A stretch of DNA of 64,000 bases, from positions 99,356 to 163,355 of IMG/VR virus record IMGVR_UViG_3300012039_000002. The stretch is one strand, 5' to 3'. A program made the position numbers and the translations under genes. This DNA comes from a virus. The number at the start of each line of letters is the position of its first letter. The stretch's first letter is position 1. This document shows, piece after piece, positions 37,629 to 46,952 of the stretch. The notes beneath the pieces are model-generated. The model saw nothing but the letters and a program-made list of their open reading frames with translations. It had not been told where the DNA came from and ran no database searches.

Positions 37629-39095
37629 ATGAAACCTGGCGACCAGAAGCCGAATCACAAGTACATTCGTAGAGTGCCTGATAGCAAGGGCGGTTGGAAG
37701 TACGTCTACGAAGAGTCGCAAGAAAGACTGCCTACGAAGCATGAGGAAGTTGTGGAAGCTAAAAAATACCCATTTAATATTGAGCTGGGCTTTAAGACTT
37801 TGGCAATCATTGACAAGCTTAAAGCTGCAGGACACGAGTCGTATGTTGTTGGCGGTTGTGTAAGAGACGCATTGCTTGGAAAACAGCCAAAAGACTTCGA
37901 TATCGTAACTTCAGCTAAGCCCAACCAGATTCAAGAGCTGTTTGGTATTCCCGGTTCAGTAGGTGCTAAGTTTGCTGTGAATATAGTTGACGGCCACGAA
38001 GTTGCGTCTTATAGAATTGATGATGAGGAAGCTACAAGCGCCAAAGAGACAGAAGTGTCTTTGGCTTCTTCAGTTGATGAAGACATGAGACGCAGAGATT
38101 TTACTGTAAATGCTCTTGTCTATGATCCAGAAACAAGACAAGTGTTTGATTTTGTTGGCGGTTTAGACGACGCTAAGAATAGAGTGCTTCGATTTGTGGG
38201 AGACCCTGACAAGAGAATCAAGCAAGATCCTATGAGAATGCTTCGTGCTATTCGTTTTGCTAATAGTAAGGACCTGTCTATTGACATAGAGTCTTTCAAG
38301 GCACTACAGCGAAACATGCCGCTGATTAAGAAAGAGGCACCTGAAAGAATATCTGCTGAAATAATGAAAATGTTTGAGTCAAGAGATACACTCACGGGTC
38401 TCTATCTGATGCTTACTACTGGCTTCTTAAAGGAAGTGATACCTGAGTTGTACGAGGGCTTTGAAGTTGAGCAAAACAAGCATCACGCTGAGTCGATTCT
38501 AATGCACAATATGCTTGCAGCTGACGCAATTAAAAAGAAAGATCCTGTGCTTAAGCTAGCGCTTTTGCTGCATGATGTGGGAAAAGTTAAGACAAAAGAG
38601 CTGAATCCTGAAACAGGCGACTACAACTTTTTAGGCCACGAAACTGTGGGTGCCGATATGGCTCGCAAGATCATGCGTCGCTTAAAGTTCTCAACAGAAC
38701 AAACAGATAAAGTTGACAATATTATTCGTCATCATATGTACTATTTTACTGATGAGACTAAAGACAAAACGATCAAGAAGTTTATGGCACTGCCAGAATT
38801 CAGAAACATACTGCGTGCAAGATTGGCTGATAGAAAAGCTAATTTAGCTAAAAAGGGAGTTCCCTACTCGTTTAAGAAGCTCATCAGAAAGATTAGGGTT
38901 ATTCAGACGACCAAACAGCCCGTGACAGTGAAAGACTTGGCTATAAATGGAAGAGACTTGATGGATTTGGGGCTTAAGCCAGGGCCGTTGTTTGGTAAGT
39001 TTCTCAACAACGCACTTGAACTAGTGCTTGAACAGCCAGAACAGAATCAAAAAGAGATTTTATTAGAGTTTGCTAAGAAGGAGTTCGGTCAATAA
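37629..39095 (+). CDS. cca: class II CCA-adding tRNA nucleotidyltransferase with HD domain
   Basis: VGGCVRDALLG..KDFDI, RRDFTVNAL, DPMRMLRAIRF, ERISAE, LLHDVGK; extra N-terminal HKYIRR motif. CCA versus poly(A)/CC/A specificity cannot be resolved by eye. Confidence 0.85.
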   Translation: MKPGDQKPNHKYIRRVPDSKGGWKYVYEESQERLPTKHEEVVEAKKYPFNIELGFKTLAIIDKLKAAGHESYVVGGCVRDALLGKQPKDFDIVTSAKPNQIQELFGIPGSVGAKFAVNIVDGHEVASYRIDDEEATSAKETEVSLASSVDEDMRRRDFTVNALVYDPETRQVFDFVGGLDDAKNRVLRFVGDPDKRIKQDPMRMLRAIRFANSKDLSIDIESFKALQRNMPLIKKEAPERISAEIMKMFESRDTLTGLYLMLTTGFLKEVIPELYEGFEVEQNKHHAESILMHNMLAADAIKKKDPVLKLALLLHDVGKVKTKELNPETGDYNFLGHETVGADMARKIMRRLKFSTEQTDKVDNIIRHHMYYFTDETKDKTIKKFMALPEFRNILRARLADRKANLAKKGVPYSFKKLIRKIRVIQTTKQPVTVKDLAINGRDLMDLGLKPGPLFGKFLNNALELVLEQPEQNQKEILLEFAKKEFGQ

Positions 39096-40156
39096 TGGCT
39101 ACCATTGTAACTAGATACGTCGACCCTAATTCGTCAGGTGGAAACGGCACCACAAATGCTTTATCTGGTGCTAATGCTGCTTATGCTTCGCTTTTTTCTT
39201 GGGAAGCGAATAGAAGAAGGAATCTTGTTTCGGCGGACGAAATCGAAAAAGTCATTTGTTCGTCAAATGACGGTGGAGAAGGCGCCCATTTAGCCGATAC
39301 AACATATTGTGCTATTGATGTAGGAACAGGATGGACGGTTGATTCTGGACATTTTATTTATTTGCAGGGTGCAACTAAACCAGGTGCAAAGTGGAACGAT
39401 AACATATATAGAATGATTAGAAATAACGCAGGCAGTTTTGCCTGTTTGCAGTCGAGTCAAACATATACGCTTATTGACGGCATGCAATTTCAAAGAACAG
39501 GAACTGGTTCAGGAAATGTTTCCCCGCTATACAGCGCTAGAGTCGGTAGTATCACAAGAAATTGTTTCATAAGAAATTCCATTACTAGCGGAACCTATGC
39601 GATGGGATGTTATTCGGGTGGTGAAAATAACGTTTACATATATAATAATGTTTATTTGCTTGACGGAACTCTTACTTCAAAGTTTGGAATTTATAGCTAC
39701 TGGACTAACTTCTATGCTTGGAATTGCACCGTTATTTGTAAAAATGGTTACACTGCGGGCGGCGGTGTTAGAGGAGAAATTGCTAATTGTGTGAATGCAA
39801 AAAATCTCCTTGTTAGAGGCTTTGGTGACGGATTTGCAGGGAATCTAACGGCTTCGTCCGACTATAATAGTAGTGACATTTCAGGCGACGCAGTAAATAC
39901 GGGCGGGTCTGGAAACGATAATACTGCTTCTCCGTGGTATTCTGGCGCTACAGCCGATGCTGACATATTTGTAGACGCTGCAAATAATGACTATCATCTA
40001 AAGCCGGGAACGATATTCAAGGGTGTTGGCACTAATCTTTCAGTCTCGTTTACAGAAGACATTGATGGTCAAACGAGACCTTTTTTATGGGATCTTGGTG
40101 CTGATCAACAAAATTTTAGAACAAGTGGTCCCTTTCCATTTCCTAAGATGAGTTAG
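39095..40156 (+). CDS. right-handed beta-helix (pectin lyase-like) virion protein
   Basis: N/G-rich repeats; DYHL..DIDGQTR..WDLGAD C-terminal motif. Confidence 0.6.
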   Translation: MATIVTRYVDPNSSGGNGTTNALSGANAAYASLFSWEANRRRNLVSADEIEKVICSSNDGGEGAHLADTTYCAIDVGTGWTVDSGHFIYLQGATKPGAKWNDNIYRMIRNNAGSFACLQSSQTYTLIDGMQFQRTGTGSGNVSPLYSARVGSITRNCFIRNSITSGTYAMGCYSGGENNVYIYNNVYLLDGTLTSKFGIYSYWTNFYAWNCTVICKNGYTAGGGVRGEIANCVNAKNLLVRGFGDGFAGNLTASSDYNSSDISGDAVNTGGSGNDNTASPWYSGATADADIFVDAANNDYHLKPGTIFKGVGTNLSVSFTEDIDGQTRPFLWDLGADQQNFRTSGPFPFPKMS

Positions 40157-40166
40157 AGGTAATATA

Positions 40167-40805
40167 ATGACGGCACCCGCGGGTAATTGGGTACAAAAAG
40201 CTTCAGATAGCTTTGTTAGAGCTAATGAGAATCCGCTTTCAGGCGGAGGCAATTGGAGTGGTCAGGGTCGGTTTTGTTATCTAACGAGCAATACGGTTTT
40301 CGGCACTGTTAACGGCGCGTCGAATGTTTCCGTCTGGACAGCTAGAACATGGCTTCCAGATCAATATGCTACAGTGTGGGCACCGACATACAGTGGCGGC
40401 AACTTACAAGGGCCTGCTTTGCGATGTACAGGTGGCGGGGCGAATGACGGATATTATTTCAGATTTAGAAGAGGCCCTGGCGCTAATAACAGCACAACAG
40501 ATCTTCTATACAAGACAGGCATTGATTCCGGTGGGTCAATCTCTTATTCGTTTACTCAAGCAAATGTCAATTCTCTTGTTTCTGGTTACATAACTGTGTA
40601 CATCAAAGGATGGGACTTTACTGCAGTAGATGAAGTCACCGGATTAGTGTTCTGTACGGCTACCGATTCTGGTCAACGTTTCGCGACTGGTTCTCCCGGC
40701 GTGCATGTATATACTGCTTTTGGAACTCCAGGTGTAATTGGTCCGTGGACTGGCGGAGAAGATATCGGTCGTGTTCGCTATCCAATTGTGTCGTTCAAGG
40801 GATAA
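40167..40805 (+). CDS. lectin-like beta-sandwich virion protein
   Basis: WVQKASDSFVRANENPLSGGGNW; paralog of the next gene. Confidence 0.55.
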   Translation: MTAPAGNWVQKASDSFVRANENPLSGGGNWSGQGRFCYLTSNTVFGTVNGASNVSVWTARTWLPDQYATVWAPTYSGGNLQGPALRCTGGGANDGYYFRFRRGPGANNSTTDLLYKTGIDSGGSISYSFTQANVNSLVSGYITVYIKGWDFTAVDEVTGLVFCTATDSGQRFATGSPGVHVYTAFGTPGVIGPWTGGEDIGRVRYPIVSFKG

Positions 40806-40839
40806 ACAATGGTTATGTTTGTAAGCGAGGCAGGTAGCA

Positions 40840-41442
40840 ATGGCTTGGTATGAAAAAGCAACAGATGATTTCAATCGTGCTGATGAAAACCCTCTATCTA
40901 AAGGCGGGATGTGGCAAGGGTGGTCTGACAGACCTAAGATGAAAGTTCTTAGCAATGTCGCAACACTAAATACTTTTGCTGTGTTTAATTTTTCAATGTA
41001 TACTGGCGTTCGATTCGGCCCAAATCAATACGTTCAGAGTACAAATGCTGGGACGTCGGGATATATGGGTCATGTACTAAGAGCTAATGGAATGCCCGGT
41101 TCGAGTGCTGCTGCTTCTTGGTATTTCGTGTATTGGAATTCAGGAAATAATCTCGTCAACATGTTTAGAATACTAAATGGCGTTGGCACTCAAATAATTA
41201 CGAACGCTGCTGGAAACTCTGCTGCAGGAACATTTAGATCTGAATTCATAGGTTCCAATTTTAAATTGTACAGAAATAGTGTTCAAATTGCTACTGTTAA
41301 TGATTCCGTAATCCCAACTGGGTATCCCGGTATCTGTCTTAATGACACGCCCGCCGTTCATAACAACTTTTCAGCTGGAGATGACGGTACTGGTCTTTTT
41401 TCTCCTTTCCCCGCGGGCCGACCTTCAGCTTTAAATCAATAA
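40840..41442 (+). CDS. lectin-like beta-sandwich virion protein (paralog of 40167)
   Basis: WYEKATDDFNRADENPLSKGGMW..DSVIPTGYPG. Confidence 0.55.
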   Translation: MAWYEKATDDFNRADENPLSKGGMWQGWSDRPKMKVLSNVATLNTFAVFNFSMYTGVRFGPNQYVQSTNAGTSGYMGHVLRANGMPGSSAAASWYFVYWNSGNNLVNMFRILNGVGTQIITNAAGNSAAGTFRSEFIGSNFKLYRNSVQIATVNDSVIPTGYPGICLNDTPAVHNNFSAGDDGTGLFSPFPAGRPSALNQ

Positions 41443-41531
41443 ACAACACGTACGACATTTGAATCGATTAAATCACAGTATCTTCCTAATTTAGTAGTAA
41501 ATCATACAAACATGCCGAACCAGAAAACGTA

Positions 41532-41566
41532 GGCACCACGCGGACGCGTCGGTGTCTTTTTGTTTT
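41532..41566 (+). terminator. intrinsic terminator-like hairpin immediately upstream of cytochrome gene RBS
   Basis: GGCACC-ACGCG-GA-CGCGT-C-GGTGTC followed by TTTTTGTTTT. Confidence 0.6.
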
Positions 41567-41583
41567 AACGATTGGAGGGAGTG

Positions 41584-41958
41584 ATGAAGAGGTTATTTTT
41601 TGCCGTACTGTTGATGGCGACGGCGACATCTGCTATGGCTGTGTCATCATATTTGACATCATTCAATACTAAGTATGGAACATCAGCGACAGTGCTGAAC
41701 ACTTGTTTAATATGTCACAATGCAAGTGCAACAGGCGGCAGACTCAATAGCAGAAATCCTTACGGTGCAGCCTGGGAAAATGCTGGAGGCGATACTGCTG
41801 CGTATGCTTCTATTGAGCCACAAGATTCGGACGGTGATAGTTTCACTAACATCGTAGAAATAACGGCAAGAACATTTCCGGGTAATGCAACAAGCTTCCC
41901 AATTGTTGTCAAAACTCCAAACGCTCCTACGAACTTGAATGTTCAGCCGGTGCAATAA
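41584..41958 (+). CDS. secreted single-CxxCH c-type cytochrome-like protein
   Basis: Signal peptide MKRLFFAVLLMATATSAMA; CLICH heme-binding motif; NPYG..DSDGD..N..EI..TFPG. Confidence 0.65.
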   Translation: MKRLFFAVLLMATATSAMAVSSYLTSFNTKYGTSATVLNTCLICHNASATGGRLNSRNPYGAAWENAGGDTAAYASIEPQDSDGDSFTNIVEITARTFPGNATSFPIVVKTPNAPTNLNVQPVQ

Positions 41959-41973
41959 TACGAGGTGAAATAA

Positions 41974-42903
41974 ATGAACAGATTTTCTACATTTTTAGCA
42001 GCGACTATAGTATCTATTGCGGCATTTGTCATGTCTGGATGCGGTTCTTCTCCTCCGGGAAATCCACCGCCAACAGGTAATGCGCCAACACTTTCAGCAA
42101 CTGCGACACAGCCTGTTGCGAATGGCGATGGATCTTATAGTTCGACAATCAATTGGCAGACAACTAATGCTACTGAGGTAGCTATTTCGGGTTATCCGCC
42201 TGTGTCGGCATCTGCTGGGAGTGGATCACAGCCTGTAACGCTTACGCAGACGACCGTATATTCAGTTGTTGCTACTGGCCCTGGTGGTCGTGCTCCAGAT
42301 GTTGAAGTCACGATAACCATTTCAATGCCGGGCCCTCCAAAGCCAACCCCAGCCGTCCCTGCATCAGTCGCAGCTAACGTAACTGGAAGTGGAGAGGTTA
42401 CTGTAACATGGTCTTCGGTTTTAAATGCAACATCATACAATGTCTACGTAAATGGTGTCCTTAGACAGGCGTCTGCTACATCACCATTTGTTGTATTTCC
42501 GCTAACTAATGGTGTGCAGTATTCATTTACTGTAACGTCCGTCTACACAAACCCAGCGGGAACAGTGTTTGAAAGCGCTCAGTCATTGCCTGCTTTAGCC
42601 ACGCCTGTTGCTTCAGTGTGGGATCAGCCTGTCAATGTTACTTGGACGCTACCTACTACATATACAGACGGTAGCCCAATTGCTCTTGTAGATCAGGCCA
42701 GAACAGTTGTTACTATTTACTCTAATACAACGGGCAATGTGCCTTGGGGCATTCCACGTGCAGTATCTGCTCCCGGTGCAACATCTACACAGTTTGTCAT
42801 GACTGTTACTGAAGGAGTGTCTTACTTCTTTACCGGTACAGCTACCCTCGACGGTCAGGTCTCGACATTTGCCGTCCCTGTAAGCTCTCAGTTCTTACCA
42901 TAA
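41974..42903 (+). CDS. lipoprotein with Ig/FN3 domains
   Basis: Lipobox VMSGC; VTWSSVLNATSYNVY..LTNGVQYSFTV. Confidence 0.7.
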   Translation: MNRFSTFLAATIVSIAAFVMSGCGSSPPGNPPPTGNAPTLSATATQPVANGDGSYSSTINWQTTNATEVAISGYPPVSASAGSGSQPVTLTQTTVYSVVATGPGGRAPDVEVTITISMPGPPKPTPAVPASVAANVTGSGEVTVTWSSVLNATSYNVYVNGVLRQASATSPFVVFPLTNGVQYSFTVTSVYTNPAGTVFESAQSLPALATPVASVWDQPVNVTWTLPTTYTDGSPIALVDQARTVVTIYSNTTGNVPWGIPRAVSAPGATSTQFVMTVTEGVSYFFTGTATLDGQVSTFAVPVSSQFLP

Positions 42904-42940
42904 CATTCTTACAGAAGGCTGAGAAATCAGCCCTCTTTAA

Positions 42941-42965
42941 AAGGAGTCTTCGGACTCCTTTTTTT
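42941..42965 (+). terminator. intrinsic terminator
   Basis: AAGGAGTC-TTCG-GACTCCTT followed by a T run. Confidence 0.85.
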
Positions 42966-42968
42966 ATG

Positions 42969-42998
42969 TGTACAATCCACAATAAAGTATTATATAAT
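42969..42998 (+). promoter_or_regulatory. repeated phage promoter (NADAR-RtcB operon)
   Basis: TGTACA-N18-TATAAT then ATCAAATGG and GGAGG. Confidence 0.75.
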
Positions 42999-43025
42999 GA
43001 TCTATCAAATGGCGGAGGTGAAGAG

Positions 43026-43343
43026 ATGGGATTCATGGGAATCAATCATTGGGTTGAGTCCGATAATGCAGCGGACTTTCATGCTCATCTTCAAACAACT
43101 CTCAACACCTCGTTCAGAAATGAGCTCAGAAATAAAGCGAACGAATACAATACGCCTGGCTGGCTGAATGCTCTTCTCATTTTTAAAGAGACTCCGGGTC
43201 TGATCTTATTCCTCGATAACAAGATTCTTGATTCGATTGAAGAAAAGATCGAAAAGGATCTTGGCTATCTAAAGGGTAAAGATGGCGGAGATCTTGTCCG
43301 TAATTTTAGGGCGACAAGGTATCTTCGGAAGAGGGACGAATAA
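43026..43343 (+). CDS. hypothetical protein
   Basis: GGAGG before ATG 43026. Confidence 0.65.
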   Translation: MGFMGINHWVESDNAADFHAHLQTTLNTSFRNELRNKANEYNTPGWLNALLIFKETPGLILFLDNKILDSIEEKIEKDLGYLKGKDGGDLVRNFRATRYLRKRDE

Positions 43344-43763
43344 ATGGAAGACATAAAAGGTTTCTTCGGCAAGAACAGATTTCTGTCGAATTTCTACCCT
43401 GCTGTGATAGAATACGAGGGTGTGAAATATCCAACAGTTGAACACGCTTATCAGGCGGCCAAAACTAAGGATTGGGTTCTCAGAGGACACATTTCGAGGA
43501 TGGAGACACCCTCGCAGGCTAAAAGGGCTGGTGCAACACTCAATCCGCCCGACTGGCATGAAAGAAGTCTCCAGACAATGGAGCTTCTTGTAAGGCTGAA
43601 GTTCACAACGCACACCAATCTCAAATACAAATTAATAGCTACAGGTCTTGCTGATCTTGAAGAGACTAATGAATGGCAAGACATGTTTTGGGGCGTGTGC
43701 AATGGGGTTGGTAGCAATCATCTTGGAAAGATTCTGATGAAGGTAAGAGGAGAGTTGTGGTAA
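43344..43763 (+). CDS. NADAR (YbiA-like) family protein
   Basis: FLSNFY, YPTVEHAYQAAK, KF, L..TG, D.FWG, G.NHLGKILMKVR. Confidence 0.9.
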   Translation: MEDIKGFFGKNRFLSNFYPAVIEYEGVKYPTVEHAYQAAKTKDWVLRGHISRMETPSQAKRAGATLNPPDWHERSLQTMELLVRLKFTTHTNLKYKLIATGLADLEETNEWQDMFWGVCNGVGSNHLGKILMKVRGELW

Positions 43764-44863
43764 TGCCTAATGCGGATAAAATAAAGACCCTGATTCCAAT
43801 GCATGAGATTGAGCAGGGTGCACAGCAACAGATATACGACAACGCAAACATTCCGTTTGTGAAGACTATAGCTGTCATGCCAGACTGTCATCAGGGATAC
43901 GATTTGCCCATTGGAGCTGTGGCTCTAGTCGAAGATCATATTTCGCCTTCGTATGTCGGTTATGACATAGGTTGCGGTATGATCTGCTACGAAATACCAC
44001 AAAGCAACATCGAAAACTTTCACACAAAAGATAGACAGCATCTCTTTGAGGAAATAAAAGAATGCATTCCCGTAGGCTTCAACGAACATGAGAATCCATA
44101 TGCTAAGTCTTTTTATTCGGCTTCTGGTGATAAAGAACTCACCGACAAAGTCAATGCTAAGTTGACTAAGCAGAATGGCACACTTGGTGGTGGCAATCAT
44201 TTCATTGAGCTTGGCTATAACGCAAACGGAAGCGTCTTCATTACCATACACTCAGGCTCCAGACGCCCTGGGTGGGAGATTGGCAATTGGTATATGAATG
44301 AAGCTAAGAAAGACAACCAGCTTTATCACAAGTTCTTCCACTTGGACTCTTCATTGGGTAAGGCTTATTTAGCTGACATGAACTTCGCTCTCGAGTTCGC
44401 TTTGGCTAATAGATTGGACATGCTTAAGGAAATCATCAATCTCATTACTGGTAGCAGGACTCTATTTGAGTATATAAATGAAAACCACAATCACGCTATA
44501 GTGTGGGACGCTGGTGTGCTCCACCGTAAGGGTGCTACACCGGCAGAAAAGGGTCAGCCTGGCGTTATACCTGGCTCAATGAAAACTGGAGTCTATATAA
44601 CTGAGGGCTTGGGCAACTGGAACTACCTTGTGTCAGCGTCTCATGGCGCTGGCCGTAAGATGTCTCGTGGCTTTGCTAAGAAGAACATTACGTTGGAGTC
44701 GTTTAAAGAACAGATGGAAGGTATCATTGCCAATGTAGATGTAACGACTCTAGACGAGGCACCTGACGCTTATAAGGATTTAGATTACGTAATTAACGCG
44801 CAGAAGGGCATAGTTGTGAATGTCGTCGACTTCATTCAACCCATAATCAACATCAAGGGGTGA
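43763..44863 (+). CDS. rtcB: RtcB RNA ligase
   Basis: MPDCH, VGYDIGCGM, GTLGGGNHFIE, HSGSR, HNH, HRKGAT, IPGSM, SHGAGR. Confidence 0.95.
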   Translation: MPNADKIKTLIPMHEIEQGAQQQIYDNANIPFVKTIAVMPDCHQGYDLPIGAVALVEDHISPSYVGYDIGCGMICYEIPQSNIENFHTKDRQHLFEEIKECIPVGFNEHENPYAKSFYSASGDKELTDKVNAKLTKQNGTLGGGNHFIELGYNANGSVFITIHSGSRRPGWEIGNWYMNEAKKDNQLYHKFFHLDSSLGKAYLADMNFALEFALANRLDMLKEIINLITGSRTLFEYINENHNHAIVWDAGVLHRKGATPAEKGQPGVIPGSMKTGVYITEGLGNWNYLVSASHGAGRKMSRGFAKKNITLESFKEQMEGIIANVDVTTLDEAPDAYKDLDYVINAQKGIVVNVVDFIQPIINIKG

Positions 44864-44867
44864 CGCT

Positions 44868-45056
44868 ATGAAATGCATTAGCTGTTCATTTGCAAAGTTT
44901 GAGAGGGATCCCGACCCTTATGATTGGTTTTGTGATGACGACACTAAAATCATTTGCACAGCGGGCAAGAAACAACGGCAGGTTTGTGGCGGTGTTCGTC
45001 CATATGAGTTGAAAAAAGTCGAGGCTCCTAAGTGGTGTATTCTCCGCGATAAATAG
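44868..45056 (+). CDS. small Cys-rich protein
   Basis: CxxC..C..PKWC. Confidence 0.55.
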   Translation: MKCISCSFAKFERDPDPYDWFCDDDTKIICTAGKKQRQVCGGVRPYELKKVEAPKWCILRDK

Positions 45057-45059
45057 AGA

Positions 45060-45088
45060 TGTACAATCCCTATAGCTTTTGATATAAT
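45060..45088 (+). promoter_or_regulatory. repeated phage promoter (rSAM operon)
   Basis: TGTACA-N17-TATAAT with extended TG. Confidence 0.8.
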
Positions 45089-45115
45089 AATCCCATCAAT
45101 CAATGAGGAGAGTGC

Positions 45116-46192
45116 ATGATCACACTCGCTGACAAGACGAATAAGTTCGTGTCTATGTTTGACCCTAAAACAGGATTCTATGTCCGTACAGGCATTATTG
45201 AGAACGGAAAAGACACGGGTGTCGATCCCTTCATGACTACTTACCCTCAGCTTATTGATGTCGGAATCATGGGCTCTTGTGAGTCGGGAAGACTAGGCCT
45301 GTGCAAACAAGCGGGAATTCAGTGCTACCAGGACGGTCTCAATAAGTCTCTCCCAGACATGACGCTCGACAACTTCAAGAAGATTGTGGATGAGTCTAAG
45401 GGCAAGGTATTTCAAATCGCTCTTGGTGGTAGAGGTAATCCCAACAAGCACGCTCAGTTCGGTGAAATCCTCAAATATTGTCGAGGCAACGGTATTGTGC
45501 CCAACTACACTACTTCAGGAATGAATCTCACGGATGAAGAGGTCGCTCTTACAAAGAAGTATTGTGGTGCTGTAGCGGTTTCATGGCAGAGAGCACAGCA
45601 TACTCTTGATGCTATCAGGATGTTTGTGAAGGCAGGTGTGAAGACTAACATCCACTATGTCCTTGGTAATTTCAGTATTGAAGAGGCGGTTGATAATCTT
45701 TATGGCATTGATTGCAATTTTCCCAAAGGTATCAATGCTGTAGTTTTCTTGGCTCATAAGCCCGTAGGTTTAGGCGATGAGAAGAATGTGTTGCGGGCTA
45801 ACGATCCTTTAGTGAAGAGATTCTTTGATCTCATTGATAACAATTCTTTCCCATTCAAGATTGGGTTTGATTCTTGCAGCGTTCCCGGCATCCTCAACTA
45901 CACTGCTAAGATAGATAAAGCGTCTATTGACACTTGTGAGGGTGGAAGATGGAGCACGTACATTTCATCTGACATGGTGGCTCTCCCATGCTCATTCGAC
46001 CAAGAACATAGGTGGGGTGTGCAGTTGGATGAGAATACTACAATTCAAAATGCGTGGAATGGAGCGTATTTTGAGGATTTTAGGAATTCCTTCCGTACTT
46101 CATGCAGAGGGTGTAAAGATGTGATAGAATGCAAGGGCGGTTGTCCAATTAAAAAGCAGGTTGTGCTTTGCGACAGGAAAGAGAAATCATGA
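45116..46192 (+). CDS. radical SAM/SPASM-domain enzyme with atypical Cx7Cx6C motif
   Basis: CESGRLGLCKQAGIQCYQ; ALGGRGNP; YTTSG; SPASM CEGG..PCSF..CRGC..CKGGCP. Confidence 0.85.
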   Translation: MITLADKTNKFVSMFDPKTGFYVRTGIIENGKDTGVDPFMTTYPQLIDVGIMGSCESGRLGLCKQAGIQCYQDGLNKSLPDMTLDNFKKIVDESKGKVFQIALGGRGNPNKHAQFGEILKYCRGNGIVPNYTTSGMNLTDEEVALTKKYCGAVAVSWQRAQHTLDAIRMFVKAGVKTNIHYVLGNFSIEEAVDNLYGIDCNFPKGINAVVFLAHKPVGLGDEKNVLRANDPLVKRFFDLIDNNSFPFKIGFDSCSVPGILNYTAKIDKASIDTCEGGRWSTYISSDMVALPCSFDQEHRWGVQLDENTTIQNAWNGAYFEDFRNSFRTSCRGCKDVIECKGGCPIKKQVVLCDRKEKS

Positions 46193-46596
46193 AAATTAGA
46201 CTCGATTTTGTAACTAATAGCTCTTCTTCGGCTTTCATAATCAAGAAGAAGAGGCTTACTGCCCGGCAGATATACATGATAAACAACCATGTGTATTTTG
46301 GCTCCCTCTTCAATGGTATCTATGCTAAGCTTGTGGGATCAGATCAGGCGCCATTCTATATGGACGAATGGAAGATTGAAGAGGATGAGGCTGAGATCCG
46401 TGGAGAAACTTCTATGGATAACTTTGGCATGGAAGAATTCTTTGAGCATATTGGCGTAGAAGATAAATTCGTCAAGTGGAGCGAAGATAATTATCATGAC
46501 TTAGACACGAAATACAAGATTCCTTGGCATGGCATGACAAATAAAGAGATTCACAAAAGAGTAGTGGCGGCCAACAAAAAGAAAAGTCTTAAGTGA
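46189..46596 (+). CDS. FVTNSSSS-motif protein 1
   Basis: MKIRLDFVTNSSSSAF; ATGA overlap with the rSAM stop. Confidence 0.8.
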   Translation: MKIRLDFVTNSSSSAFIIKKKRLTARQIYMINNHVYFGSLFNGIYAKLVGSDQAPFYMDEWKIEEDEAEIRGETSMDNFGMEEFFEHIGVEDKFVKWSEDNYHDLDTKYKIPWHGMTNKEIHKRVVAANKKKSLK

Positions 46597-46604
46597 GGTA
46601 AAGC

Positions 46605-46952
46605 ATGAAAATAAGAACAGACTTCGTTACAAATTCAAGTTCAAGCTCCTTCATCATAGCCGTAAAGTCAGATCTGACCAAAGCGGAAGCAAAGGACGTT
46701 GTAGATAAATATTTTAAGACGCAAATCGAAGAGCTTATGGGAAACGTAGATCGAGATACAGAATCGCTCGAAGAAGAAATCAAGGCAGATCTTGTTTCGA
46801 CAATTATGGAAGCTAAAAGCGGCATGAAGCTTGATGACTGGAGAGTTTCTGGCGGCGACGCGCGCTCTGATGAATACGACGCTTCTTGTGTGCTCCACAT
46901 GTCCGGTGAATTCAACAGCTCAAAGGTGAAGTTCAAGAATGTGGGGTGCTAA
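46605..46952 (+). CDS. FVTNSSSS-motif protein 2
   Basis: MKIRTDFVTNSSSSSF. Confidence 0.8.
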   Translation: MKIRTDFVTNSSSSSFIIAVKSDLTKAEAKDVVDKYFKTQIEELMGNVDRDTESLEEEIKADLVSTIMEAKSGMKLDDWRVSGGDARSDEYDASCVLHMSGEFNSSKVKFKNVGC

